Shown: positions 1 through 8,796, counted from the stretch's first letter. The stretch: DNA of 29,057 nt from a virus (IMGVR_UViG_3300020042_002006:1-29057), one strand, 5' to 3'. Notes: generated by a model not told the origin, from the sequence alone. Numbers and translations: made by a program.

Positions 1-131
1 CGGCTTACATAGATGTTAATGCCGCTTTGCATAGAGTTAGTTCTGCAATAACCGAGGTTAATTTTTTTACTAATTCAGGTCAATTTATAGCAGGCTCATC
101 ATTTTATCTATACGGCATCAAGAACTCATAA
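1..131 (+). CDS. 5'-partial virion/tail-fibre-associated protein ('YLYGIK' family)
   Basis: Frame from nt 3 reads [42 protein letters not shown]; the C-terminus is nearly identical to 19856..20368 ([12 protein letters not shown]). Confidence 0.8.
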   Translation, partial: AYIDVNAALHRVSSAITEVNFFTNSGQFIAGSSFYLYGIKNS

Positions 132-140
132 GGAGAAACA

Positions 141-371
141 ATGGCAAACCCAACACGCATCGAAGTCAACTGCACAACAGGTGAAGTTCTTGAGATAGAA
201 CTAACTGATGAAGAAGTAGCACAACGCGAAGCAGAGGCAGCAGCATACGCTGTAGCAGAAGCAGAACGTGAAGCAGCACAGGCAGCAGTAGAGGCAGCAC
301 GAGCATCAGCTAACGAGAAGTTATCTGCACTTGGCTTGACTACTGAAGAGATCGCAGCTTTAACTAAGTAA
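141..371 (+). CDS. Small acidic/Ala-rich tail-associated protein (possible fibre chaperone)
   Basis: AAGGAG RBS; homologous to 19622..19846 (NC.TGE...LGLT.EEIAALTK). Confidence 0.75.
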   Translation: MANPTRIEVNCTTGEVLEIELTDEEVAQREAEAAAYAVAEAEREAAQAAVEAARASANEKLSALGLTTEEIAALTK

Positions 372-396
372 TTTCCACTTCAATCTAAGGAGATCA

Positions 397-2604
397 ATGC
401 CATACGGCGACGACATCACCGAGGGAATACCTTATGTTTTATCCAACCCTGCTGGATCTACTAACTACTCAGCAACTGGTGAAGCATACGATGTAGCTAT
501 CGGTGGCTTACCGTTCTTCCTGTTTAACTCTGACGATTCACCATATCGTCGCGTAACAGCGCAGTACCGTAAGCAACAGATTGACCAGAGCCGTGAGCCT
601 GGTGAGCAGACGCTTACTGGTTGGTGGCTACGAAGCCAAAGCTCTTTCCACTATGGACAAGGTATCAAGTTCTTTGAACCTATCCAAGATGAGTCACTAC
701 GTTTCCAGTACACAGAGTCTAAAGGTATTGATGTCTGGACCAAGGGACAAGCAACACTGCTTAACTCTTGCGATAGCCAGCACGTAGTTACTGGTGGTAT
801 TCAAACTAATGGTCGTCCTTGGCAGTTGATGCGTTCTATTCAATGGACTACAAACAGTATTAAGTACGACGGTGTGCTTCTCACCGATGAGTACGATGTA
901 GATAAGGTTTTTCCAAAGATCACAGTATCTATTAACAACAAGGCTCTGACTTCTAACGTAGCCACGCTAACTACTACTGCAGTACACGGCCTATGTACTG
1001 GTATGGAAATTGTTATTACTGGTGTGGACGCTACCTTTAACGGTACCTACAGCATCACTGGCGTACCAACAACTACTACATTTACCTATGCTAAGACTGC
1101 TACTAACGTTGCATCTACTGCTGTATCTCCAGTAGGTACAGGCGTTGCAGAGGTTATCCACTTCATTGACTATAACTCAGGATCAGACTACCCAGTATTT
1201 GCAATCTGTGATGATGGAGTCAATGCTTACTGGGTTACAAATAAATTAGTTGGTGCAAACCAAAGACTTACTGTGTATAAGAAAGCACTAACTGGCGATT
1301 CAACTACTGCAGAAACTCAGATGTTCCAGTCAACTACAGTTGCAACTACCAACGCTGTTATGGAATACACCAAAGAACGTATCATTATGTGCGTCAATGA
1401 TTCAGTCTATGAGTTTCCAACCAACCAATCATCTATGCCTACTGCTGTCTATACACATAGAGATGGTGACCATATCTTTACTAGCGTTACCTCTAGCGGT
1501 GCTGCTATCTACATCTCTGGATATTCAGGTATTCAGTCCAATATCTACAAATTTACTCTGACTACTGCAGGTGCTATGCCTACGCTGACCAGTGCTATTA
1601 CTGCAGCAGAGTTACCAGTAGGTGAGATTGTATTTAAGATTGCCTACTACCTTAACAATATGGCTATTGGAACAAACCAAGGTATGCGTATGGCAGATGC
1701 AAGTCAGCTCGATGGTTCTATTACCTATGGCGCTTTAATCTTTGAATCAGACCAACCAGTCTATGACTTTGCTTTCCGTGATAGATATATCTGGGCAGCA
1801 TCTGGTGTTGATGGTCAAGTAGGTGTGACTCGTGTAGATATGGGTCAACCGTTAGGTAATCTACAGTTCCCATATGCCTGGGACTTGTATGATCCAGCAG
1901 ATACATTAGGCCACTACACAACAGCCTGTGCTTTTATTGGTGATACCTACCGACTAGCATTTTGTAACGCTGGTAATGGTTCTAATGGAACTATCTACAT
2001 CCAATCAGCATCTACCTTGCTAGCACAAGGAACTATCCGTACAGGTTATGTACGATACAACACACTTGAATTAAAAATCTATAAGTTAATGCAAGCTCGT
2101 ATTGATACTACCAATGGTGGCATATTGATTGACTCAGTTGACTATGAAGATAACTTCTTCCGCATTGGTACCTTTGCACAAGAGGCAACAGTGCCAGAGA
2201 TTAACATTAACTATCCTCAAGCATCACAAGAGTATCTTGGCTTCCAGTTCACATTGACTCGTTCAACTACTGATACATCTAAGGGTCCATTGTTTACTGG
2301 TTACCAGATCAAGGCTTTGCCTGCTATCCCACGTCAGCGACTTATCCAGTATCCATTGTCTTGCTTTGACCACGAATCAGATCACTTCGGAGTTGAGATT
2401 GGCTATGAAGGTTCTGCTTACTTCCGTATGAGTCAGTTGGAATCTATTGAAAACGTAGGAGATACCATCCGCGTTGAAGACTTTAGAACTGGTGAGTCAT
2501 ACATTGGACTTATCGAAGAGCTTGACTTTAGAAATGCAACACCTTCAGATAAGCGATTCTCCGGATATGGCGGAACGCTCTTAGTAACGATTAGAACCGT
2601 CTGA
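397..2604 (+). CDS. Large virion tail protein (tail tubular/stabilisation-like, beta-rich), full-length copy
   Basis: 735 aa with AAGGAG RBS; last gene before the lysis cassette; homologous to 15883..17436; carries an inserted ~70-aa beta module. Confidence 0.7.
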   Translation: MPYGDDITEGIPYVLSNPAGSTNYSATGEAYDVAIGGLPFFLFNSDDSPYRRVTAQYRKQQIDQSREPGEQTLTGWWLRSQSSFHYGQGIKFFEPIQDESLRFQYTESKGIDVWTKGQATLLNSCDSQHVVTGGIQTNGRPWQLMRSIQWTTNSIKYDGVLLTDEYDVDKVFPKITVSINNKALTSNVATLTTTAVHGLCTGMEIVITGVDATFNGTYSITGVPTTTTFTYAKTATNVASTAVSPVGTGVAEVIHFIDYNSGSDYPVFAICDDGVNAYWVTNKLVGANQRLTVYKKALTGDSTTAETQMFQSTTVATTNAVMEYTKERIIMCVNDSVYEFPTNQSSMPTAVYTHRDGDHIFTSVTSSGAAIYISGYSGIQSNIYKFTLTTAGAMPTLTSAITAAELPVGEIVFKIAYYLNNMAIGTNQGMRMADASQLDGSITYGALIFESDQPVYDFAFRDRYIWAASGVDGQVGVTRVDMGQPLGNLQFPYAWDLYDPADTLGHYTTACAFIGDTYRLAFCNAGNGSNGTIYIQSASTLLAQGTIRTGYVRYNTLELKIYKLMQARIDTTNGGILIDSVDYEDNFFRIGTFAQEATVPEININYPQASQEYLGFQFTLTRSTTDTSKGPLFTGYQIKALPAIPRQRLIQYPLSCFDHESDHFGVEIGYEGSAYFRMSQLESIENVGDTIRVEDFRTGESYIGLIEELDFRNATPSDKRFSGYGGTLLVTIRTV

Positions 2605-2807
2605 TGCAGGCACAAGACTACGCAACAATAGCTGTTGCAGTGATGACAATAGTAGGTGGCTTTGCTGCAGCAGTGCGCTGGATGGTTAAGCATTACCTCA
2701 ATGAACTCAAGCCTAACGGTGGATCAAGTGTTAAAGATTCGGTAGATAGATTGGAGCGACAGGTTGAAGAGATTTATCGCATCCTTCTTTCTCGCAATAA
2801 CTCTTAG
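2604..2807 (+). CDS. Single-TM holin-like membrane protein
   Basis: N-terminal TM helix, then ELKPNGGSS.KD and a coiled-coil tail; TGATG coupling; lysis context. Confidence 0.55.
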   Translation: MQAQDYATIAVAVMTIVGGFAAAVRWMVKHYLNELKPNGGSSVKDSVDRLERQVEEIYRILLSRNNS

Positions 2808-2955
2808 CGGTTGCGGTTACCAAGGCTGGGTTAGATATCCCTGCCAAGAGTTTAAGAATTGGGAAAAGCCTGAGTGTAATCCCCCACAATGTTTACCAAC
2901 TGGTACTTGTACCAAAGACATTTTGCCTGGAGTATTTGATGAACCAAAGAAATAA
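2764..2955 (+). CDS. Small Cys-rich lipoprotein
   Basis: TTG start after GGAG; signal peptide with lipobox LSG-C; four further Cys. Confidence 0.6.
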   Translation: MKRFIASFFLAITLSGCGYQGWVRYPCQEFKNWEKPECNPPQCLPTGTCTKDILPGVFDEPKK

Positions 2956-3214
2956 ATTAACCCCAGAAGAGCTACACGCAAGACTGATTGTAACAATTGG
3001 AATCATCCTTGCAATTGTATTTGCTGGTTCTGTCTTTGCATTGCTCTATGCACTGCTATTTATCACACAACCATTAGGCGAACAGGCACCTAACGATGCT
3101 GCATTTATTGATCTTGTTAGTACCTTGTGTGTGTTTCTTACTGGTTCTCTTGCTGGAGTACTTGCAGGAAATGGATTGAAGTCTAAGCCAAAAGAAAAGA
3201 AAGATGGAGAATAA
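2939..3214 (+). CDS. Two-TM membrane protein (holin-like)
   Basis: Two hydrophobic helices and a basic C-terminus; TAATG-coupled to the endolysin. Confidence 0.65.
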   Translation: MNQRNKLTPEELHARLIVTIGIILAIVFAGSVFALLYALLFITQPLGEQAPNDAAFIDLVSTLCVFLTGSLAGVLAGNGLKSKPKEKKDGE

Positions 3215-3687
3215 TGAAACCTGTTGTAAAGAAAGCCACGCCTGCTGCTATTGCTGTCCTTCGACAAGCCACAGCCCTATATCCTTCACGTAAGAAAGCA
3301 TCAGATGGACTACTGCCATCGGCAGCACACATCCATCAGAATCCTAACTCAGATCACAATACTGGATTTGGTGTAGACCTAACCCACGATAAGTTGGGTG
3401 GCATTGATTGTGTTAATTTATTTCAAGAACTAAAAGCAGACAAGCGTGTTAAGTATCTTATTTTCCAAGGCAAGATCTGGTCAGTAGATCGTGCCAAAGA
3501 AGGGGACCGTGAATACACAGGTCCAAATAAGCACGAAAAACATCTTCACATCTCGATCAAAGAAGGATGTGGAGACGACACTTCCCCTTGGTTCCCTTGG
3601 TTGGGTAAGCCAAAGGTTGTCGGAAAGGTTAAGGCAGCAGTTAAGTCTTTACCAAAGAAGAAAGAACCAACAAGTCCAAAGGAGTAA
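3214..3687 (+). CDS. Putative endolysin (Zn metallopeptidase-like)
   Basis: SDHNTGFGVD (H-x6-D) and HEKHLHIS (HxH) Zn-ligand pattern typical of LAS/M15-type peptidases; flanked by membrane proteins. Confidence 0.6.
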   Translation: MKPVVKKATPAAIAVLRQATALYPSRKKASDGLLPSAAHIHQNPNSDHNTGFGVDLTHDKLGGIDCVNLFQELKADKRVKYLIFQGKIWSVDRAKEGDREYTGPNKHEKHLHISIKEGCGDDTSPWFPWLGKPKVVGKVKAAVKSLPKKKEPTSPKE

Positions 3688-3689
3688 CA

Positions 3690-3881
3690 ATGGATAAGAA
3701 CAAGTTAAAGGCAATTGCAGCTACGTACCTACGTGCTGGCATTGCATCAGTAATCGCTTTGTACCTTGCAGGCGTAACAGATCCAAAAGCCCTAGCATCA
3801 GCAGCACTTGCTGCAGTTGCAGGTCCATTGCTTAAGGCAATAGACCCAAAGGCTACAGAGTTTGGTCGTGGGTCTAAGTAA
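3690..3881 (+). CDS. Holin
   Basis: AAGGAG RBS; 63 aa with two hydrophobic segments and a P....FG.G tail; follows the endolysin. Confidence 0.6.
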   Translation: MDKNKLKAIAATYLRAGIASVIALYLAGVTDPKALASAALAAVAGPLLKAIDPKATEFGRGSK

Positions 3882-3901
3882 CCCATCAGCGCGAGGCAAA
3901 C

Positions 3902-3939
3902 AGGAGGTCGGTCCCTACGGGGACCGGCCTTCTTTTTTT
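3902..3939 (+). terminator. Rho-independent terminator ending the late operon
   Basis: GAGGTCGGTCCC-TACG-GGGACCGGCCTT stem (cUACGg tetraloop) followed by T7. Confidence 0.9.
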
Positions 3940-3943
3940 GTCC

Positions 3944-4294
3944 CTAAAATATGCCAGAGTTTGAATCACCTGATAGGTGAGTCTTTAATCTATGACAGTT
4001 AGCACAAAGAGTTTGTAGATTGTGTGGCGCATTATTCCAACGGTCACCGTCTATGTGGTCAACATCTAATTGACTAATGTGTACTGGTATGAATCCACAT
4101 TGTTGACATTCTGTTCCTTTATGTCTAGCGTATGGATACTGGGAGTTTACTAAGTTTCTTTTATATACAGTCTTGCACCGGTACCTACTAGTCAGTGGAT
4201 TATTTTTATCTCGTAACTTAATCTTTGTTGGGCCACAAACAGAGCACGTGGCAGTGCGTTCTACTTCGTTCTGCTCAGTTAGCTTGTGGTTCAT
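3944..4294 (-). CDS. HNH endonuclease
   Basis: CQQCG...LDVDHIDGDRWNNAPHNLQTLCANCHRLKT. Confidence 0.85.
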   Translation of the reverse strand: MNHKLTEQNEVERTATCSVCGPTKIKLRDKNNPLTSRYRCKTVYKRNLVNSQYPYARHKGTECQQCGFIPVHISQLDVDHIDGDRWNNAPHNLQTLCANCHRLKTHLSGDSNSGIF

Positions 4295-4589
4295 CTTTGT
4301 CTACTGGACAAGGAACAACTACTAGATTCCCGCAACTGACACAGGTTGCATCTAAAAAGTACCAGGTTAGCTCGTAGTCTTCAAAGGCTGCCATTACATT
4401 AAAAACCTGAGAGCCACACGGACACACGTGAAGTGGTCCTAAACCCCGCAGATCGGCCCCAAAAGGGTCAGGAAGGCCATTCCTGCGCCATCTTAACGAT
4501 GGCAGGGTTGGTAGACGGAACCGAAGAGTTACTGTACGGTTACCACTGCTGCGCCCCTTGAGGGCGCCTGCCTGTTTAATTCGCCTCAC
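4275..4589 (-). CDS. Zinc-ribbon hypothetical protein
   Basis: CPCG...CVSCG; GTG start lies 7 nt after a TACAAT -10 (leaderless). Confidence 0.65.
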   Translation of the reverse strand: MRRIKQAGALKGRSSGNRTVTLRFRLPTLPSLRWRRNGLPDPFGADLRGLGPLHVCPCGSQVFNVMAAFEDYELTWYFLDATCVSCGNLVVVPCPVDKDEPQAN

Positions 4590-4658
4590 GGCTCATATTG
4601 TAGTGACTAGTATGTGTCGCTACGCGACGACACGCCGATCTCTAGTACACTCTCTAGT
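4590..4658. promoter_or_regulatory. Divergent leaderless promoter pair with inverted GACAC boxes
   Basis: Minus strand TACAAT (4602-4597), 7 nt, GTG 4589; plus strand TACACT (4646-4651), 7 nt, ATG 4659; GTGTC 4614-4618 and GACAC 4629-4633. Confidence 0.7.
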
Positions 4659-5216
4659 ATGACAACAATCGCAGCACTTGAAGGTATTGATTACGCTGTT
4701 CTAGTAGCTGACTCACAGATTACTGAGGACAATTTAGTAACGTTATCTACTAGTACGCCAAAGATTGTTGCAGTCGGTAAGTTTCTCATCGCAATCTCAG
4801 GTGATACACGACCAGGTGACATCCTTTCCTACAACTGGAAACCACCTGCCTATCGTGGTGAAGATCCCGTGCAGTTTATGGGTAAAAAAGTAATACCTAG
4901 TTTGATGAAAGCATTTAACGATAACAACTACGACTACAACAAGGTGGAAAAAGATGGCGGTTTTGATTATCTCTTTGCTTTTAACGGTAACATCTTTCGT
5001 GTTGCTTGTGATCTCTCTTTTTTCCAAGCAAATAACGGAGCGTATGGCATTGGTAGTGGTGGTCAGTTTGCTCTTGGCTATCTTTCTTCAATTATCAAAC
5101 CTGATATGGAATTAGAATATGCAAAGCGACACGCCCGTAAAGCCGTAGAGATTGCGTCGGTGCTTGACGCTAATACAGGCAAGCCCTTACAGTTGGTTGT
5201 ACAGGAGAGGATGTAG
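4659..5216 (+). CDS. Ntn-hydrolase (proteasome beta/HslV-like) protease
   Basis: Start reassigned to ATG 4659, giving M-TTIAA (Thr1 nucleophile); ADSQ, KI and GIGSGG.FALG motifs. Confidence 0.85.
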   Translation: MTTIAALEGIDYAVLVADSQITEDNLVTLSTSTPKIVAVGKFLIAISGDTRPGDILSYNWKPPAYRGEDPVQFMGKKVIPSLMKAFNDNNYDYNKVEKDGGFDYLFAFNGNIFRVACDLSFFQANNGAYGIGSGGQFALGYLSSIIKPDMELEYAKRHARKAVEIASVLDANTGKPLQLVVQERM

Positions 5217-5218
5217 CT

Positions 5219-5371
5219 ATGGAGTTTAATACATACGAATACATAGAACCAGAGTTTATAGAAGTTACAGCAACAACTGAGTACGCAGCTCACTACTGGT
5301 TTGAACAAGGTTGGAAAGCCTGTAGACTTGCTTTTCTTTTGCACGATCAAGCAGAGAAGGCAAAGCTATGA
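5219..5371 (+). CDS. Hypothetical protein (50 aa, not in the ORF track)
   Basis: GGAGAGG RBS; MEFNTYEYIEPEF...AEKAKL*; ATGA overlap with the next gene. Confidence 0.7.
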   Translation: MEFNTYEYIEPEFIEVTATTEYAAHYWFEQGWKACRLAFLLHDQAEKAKL

Positions 5372-6309
5372 CAGACCCAAAAGAATTATTACTTACTGCA
5401 CTACGTGCAGGTGATGCAAAGCGTTCACGTTCTACACAGGTACAGATTGGTCCATCAGAGGTAGGTGGCTGTCGTCGTAAGGTGTGGTACAGACTGAACG
5501 ATCAACCTGAAACTAATGACAACGAATTAAAACTCGCAGCAATTATGGGTACTGCTATTCACGCAGAAATTGAAAGAGCGTTAGCAGATAATGCAGATCT
5601 TATGATTGAAACTGCTGTTGAATATAACGGAATGAAAGCACACATTGATTGTTTCGTACCTGGTACTGGTGATGTGATTGACTGGAAGACAAGCAAGGTG
5701 CGTAACCTTTCTTACTTCCCATCAACACAACAACGATGGCAGGTGCAACTGTATGGCTACCTCCTAGCTAAGAACGGCTATGCGGTCAACCGAGTATCTC
5801 TAGTGGCAATCGCTAGAGATGGTGACGAACGTGATGTCAAAGTTCACACTGAGGACTATGATGAGTCTATCGCCCTTGAGGCACTCGGTTGGCTAGCGGC
5901 TGTTAAGGAAGCAAAGGAAGCGCCAGCACCAGAAAAAGATGCAAGCTACTGTCAGTTCTACTGTAAGTACTACGACTCATCAGGCGAGATGGGATGCGTT
6001 GGTCTAAAAAAAGAACGTACACCAGTCAGTGATGTAGTCATTGAAGATGCAGATGTTGACAAAAATGCACTACTGTACTTACAGTTAGGAGTACAGATTA
6101 AAGAGCTAGAAACTAGACAGGATTCTTTGAAGGCATCCTTTGAAGGATTACTAGGTACTACTAATTCCGGTTTAGAACTAAGTTGGACAACTGTTAGAGG
6201 GCGTGAGTCAGTTGACAGTGATGAAGTAGAAAAACTATTAGGGTTTGTCCCTAAGAAGGTAGGAGCTGAAAGCCAGCGACTATTAATCAAGCAAAGTGGA
6301 GGCAAGTAA
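5368..6309 (+). CDS. Cas4-like PD-(D/E)XK exonuclease
   Basis: GPSEVGGC, GTAIH, AHID...VIDWKT, QVQLY and a C-terminal Cys cluster (CQFYC...C). Confidence 0.85.
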   Translation: MTDPKELLLTALRAGDAKRSRSTQVQIGPSEVGGCRRKVWYRLNDQPETNDNELKLAAIMGTAIHAEIERALADNADLMIETAVEYNGMKAHIDCFVPGTGDVIDWKTSKVRNLSYFPSTQQRWQVQLYGYLLAKNGYAVNRVSLVAIARDGDERDVKVHTEDYDESIALEALGWLAAVKEAKEAPAPEKDASYCQFYCKYYDSSGEMGCVGLKKERTPVSDVVIEDADVDKNALLYLQLGVQIKELETRQDSLKASFEGLLGTTNSGLELSWTTVRGRESVDSDEVEKLLGFVPKKVGAESQRLLIKQSGGK

Positions 6310-6310
6310 T

Positions 6311-6673
6311 ATGGCTACAGAAGGAACAAAGTTCCAGATCAATTACAAGTTAAATGATGGAACACTCATCAACTTGTACGCAGCAACAGTTACAGAATTA
6401 GAGACAGGTCTTGCTGACCTTTCTATGAATGCTATGAACATCAGAGCAACAGGGTTAGAACTATCAGGTGGACAAGCAGCACCAACAGTTTCATCAGTAG
6501 CACAATCTTTTAATGCAACACCAGTTGCTGCACCATCAGGTGGCGGTAATACTTGTAAGCACGGTCAGATGTCATTGCGTTCAGGTGTAGGACAAAAGGG
6601 TCCTTGGTCAGGCTATATGTGTGCAGCACCAAAGGGTGCTCCAGATAAGTGCGACACAATCTGGGTTAAATAA
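6311..6673 (+). CDS. Conserved phage protein with C-terminal Zn-binding motif
   Basis: GGAGG RBS before ATG 6311; CKHG...GPWSGYMC...C. Confidence 0.7.
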   Translation: MATEGTKFQINYKLNDGTLINLYAATVTELETGLADLSMNAMNIRATGLELSGGQAAPTVSSVAQSFNATPVAAPSGGGNTCKHGQMSLRSGVGQKGPWSGYMCAAPKGAPDKCDTIWVK

Positions 6674-6675
6674 TT

Positions 6676-6945
6676 ATGCGGGAGCCTTCGGAATACGAAG
6701 CTCCTAGTTGTGCAACAGTAGGCGGAGACTATTGGTTTCCTGAGAAAGAATCAGGTGGCATTGGTCAGACTGAAGCAAGAATTGCAAAGTCTATTTGCTA
6801 CTCGTGTTTACACAGAACTGAGTGTGCAGAGTGGGGAATCTATAATGAATTACACGGAATCTGGGGTGGCTTTGGCGACCTAGATCGCAGACGCCTTCGC
6901 AGAGAACGTGGAATCAGATTAAACCAGGAGGATAAAAGTGCTTAA
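6676..6945 (+). CDS. whiB: WhiB-family Fe-S transcription factor
   Basis: Four Cys (C...WFPE...CYSC.....C) plus the G(I)WGG turn and a basic tail. Confidence 0.92.
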   Translation: MREPSEYEAPSCATVGGDYWFPEKESGGIGQTEARIAKSICYSCLHRTECAEWGIYNELHGIWGGFGDLDRRRLRRERGIRLNQEDKSA

Positions 6946-7786
6946 TCTATCCCGTGCTTGGAGTGGAGTGCTTACCAAAGCAACGCCACTACCTGATGTA
7001 TGGAATGGGTTAAAGGCAGAAGGTATTAAGTTTCGCAGAGGCCAGGTATGTATGGTAGCTGCAGCACCTAATGCTGGTAAGTCTATGTTCGCTCTGATCT
7101 ATGCAATCAAAGCCAATGTTCCTACACTTTTCTTCTCCGCAGATACTGATACTGCTACTGTAATGATGAGGTCTGTATCGCATCTATCTGGTCACTCACA
7201 AGTGACAGTAGAGGCAAACCTTTCAGACAATAGCCAGTACTACAATGCACACTTAGATAAACTTTCACACATCAAGTGGGTCTTTGATTCATCTCCAAAC
7301 ATTGATGACTTGGAGTTAGAGATCAGGGCCTATGTTGAACTCTATGGACATCCACCTGAGTTGATAGTCATTGATAACCTAATGAACATCACTGCTGAGA
7401 CAGACAACGAATGGGCTGGACTTAGAGCAATTATGATGGAGCTACACGATATGGCACGCAAGACTGAGGCCTGTGTATTGGTACTCCACCACGTATCAGA
7501 ACAGTCAGAGTATGGGTCACCTACTAACCCACCTCATCGCAGAGCAATTCACGGCAAGGTCAGTCAGTTACCTGCACTGATACTTACACTGGGCTATGAC
7601 CCAACGCAAGGGATACTCAAGGTAGCACCGGTGAAGAATCGGTTTGGCGCACACACTGCAGACGGAAGCAAATATGCACAGCTACTGGTAAACTACGCAG
7701 CAGTACAGATATCAGACCAGAACGAGTTTGGTTGGATGTTAAGAAAAGATACGATTGCAGGATACCAAGGAGGATACAATGTCTGA
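6938..7786 (+). CDS. DnaB-like replicative helicase (RecA-fold ATPase)
   Basis: Walker A AAPNAGKS, Walker B LIVIDNL, VLHH and KNRFG motifs. Confidence 0.85.
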   Translation: MLNLSRAWSGVLTKATPLPDVWNGLKAEGIKFRRGQVCMVAAAPNAGKSMFALIYAIKANVPTLFFSADTDTATVMMRSVSHLSGHSQVTVEANLSDNSQYYNAHLDKLSHIKWVFDSSPNIDDLELEIRAYVELYGHPPELIVIDNLMNITAETDNEWAGLRAIMMELHDMARKTEACVLVLHHVSEQSEYGSPTNPPHRRAIHGKVSQLPALILTLGYDPTQGILKVAPVKNRFGAHTADGSKYAQLLVNYAAVQISDQNEFGWMLRKDTIAGYQGGYNV

Positions 7787-8030
7787 AGAAACAACTGAAG
7801 ATAAGCCAGCACTTAGTAACTATTACCGAGACAATCTCAGGATTGATGCACTGCGTGATACCACCATTGCACTGCGTACAGATGTTGACTCCATCAAGGT
7901 TGACCTGACCAACTTCGTTGGTGCGTTACTGCAATCTGGTGTTGTTGAATTAGTTAAAGATGAAGAAGGCAATGTCATCTACAAGATCAACAAGGTTGTA
8001 TTGGTAGATGAGTCAGTACAACAAGACTAA
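7779..8030 (+). CDS. Hypothetical protein
   Basis: AAGGAGG RBS before ATG 7779; overlaps both neighbours. Confidence 0.7.
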   Translation: MSEETTEDKPALSNYYRDNLRIDALRDTTIALRTDVDSIKVDLTNFVGALLQSGVVELVKDEEGNVIYKINKVVLVDESVQQD

Positions 8031-8358
8031 AGGTTCTCAGTTTGAGACAGATGTAATGAAGTGGCTCCGCAAAGCTGGAGTTATAGCAGAGCGTCTGACT
8101 AAGGCTGGGGCAAAGGATGAGGGCGACATCGTAACTGTTATCGCGGGAGAAACTTACATCCTTGAACTCAAGAACAGGGCAACCCTTTCGCTGCCTGAGT
8201 TCTGGAGAGAAGCGCAAGTTGAGGCGCTTAACTATGCTAAGGCTCGTGGTATCGGGGAAGTACCACTGTCATATGTAATAGTTAAGCGTCGCAACGCTTC
8301 AATAGATCAGGCTTGGGTAATCCAAGACTTAGCACAATGGTTAAAGGAGAAACAGTAA
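8008..8358 (+). CDS. Holliday junction resolvase (Hjc-like PD-(D/E)XK)
   Basis: KGSQFE...GDI...ILELKN. Confidence 0.8.
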   Translation: MSQYNKTKGSQFETDVMKWLRKAGVIAERLTKAGAKDEGDIVTVIAGETYILELKNRATLSLPEFWREAQVEALNYAKARGIGEVPLSYVIVKRRNASIDQAWVIQDLAQWLKEKQ

Positions 8359-8639
8359 TGCCATACGCAGCTCAGTGGTATGCAAATGAAAGTCCCGCTT
8401 ATTCTTTTTATTGTGTATGCGGTCTAGCCATTACGGGTCAAAGTGAAAAAGGGTTACATACCCTAATAAGAAGACACAGGGAAAAAGGTATTTTCCACTT
8501 AGAACATACAGGAGAAATAGTTATGCCAGTACCAGGCGGAGAAATAACAACAACAGAGATACTAGTACCAGAAGTAGAAGAAGTGGTTGAAGATTCAACT
8601 ACAGAAGAAGCCGAAGATGATCTGCCAGAACTGTCTTAA
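8358..8639 (+). CDS. Hypothetical protein (with a probable second start at 8523)
   Basis: TAATG coupling and AAGGAG RBS; a second AGGAG-ATG at 8523 gives an acidic 38-aa product. Confidence 0.55.
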   Translation: MPYAAQWYANESPAYSFYCVCGLAITGQSEKGLHTLIRRHREKGIFHLEHTGEIVMPVPGGEITTTEILVPEVEEVVEDSTTEEAEDDLPELS

Positions 8640-8796
8640 AGGCGGAGAAGAGAACACACTTGTTCACTACAAGCGTGCAACTAATTGGCACGACAAGTGC
8701 GACTTTAAGGGGTGCGTATGCCAGCACAAGACTGGTCCAGGGTACGTAAGGCGAGCAGATACAAAGGTGCCGTTGATGCAAACTCAATCCCCATAG
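8617..8796 (+). CDS. Small Cys/His-rich (Zn-binding) protein
   Basis: MICQNC...HDKC...CVCQH. Confidence 0.6.
   Translation: MICQNCLKGGEENTLVHYKRATNWHDKCDFKGCVCQHKTGPGYVRRADTKVPLMQTQSP

Noticed and set aside
5368-6309. CRISPR-Cas locus suggested by the Cas4-like gene
   Set aside because: No repeat-spacer array or other cas genes; solo Cas4-like nucleases are normal in phage replication modules
7847-7877. TGCACTGCGT repeated 21 bp apart
   Set aside because: In-frame heptad duplication in a coiled coil; no sign of a regulatory role
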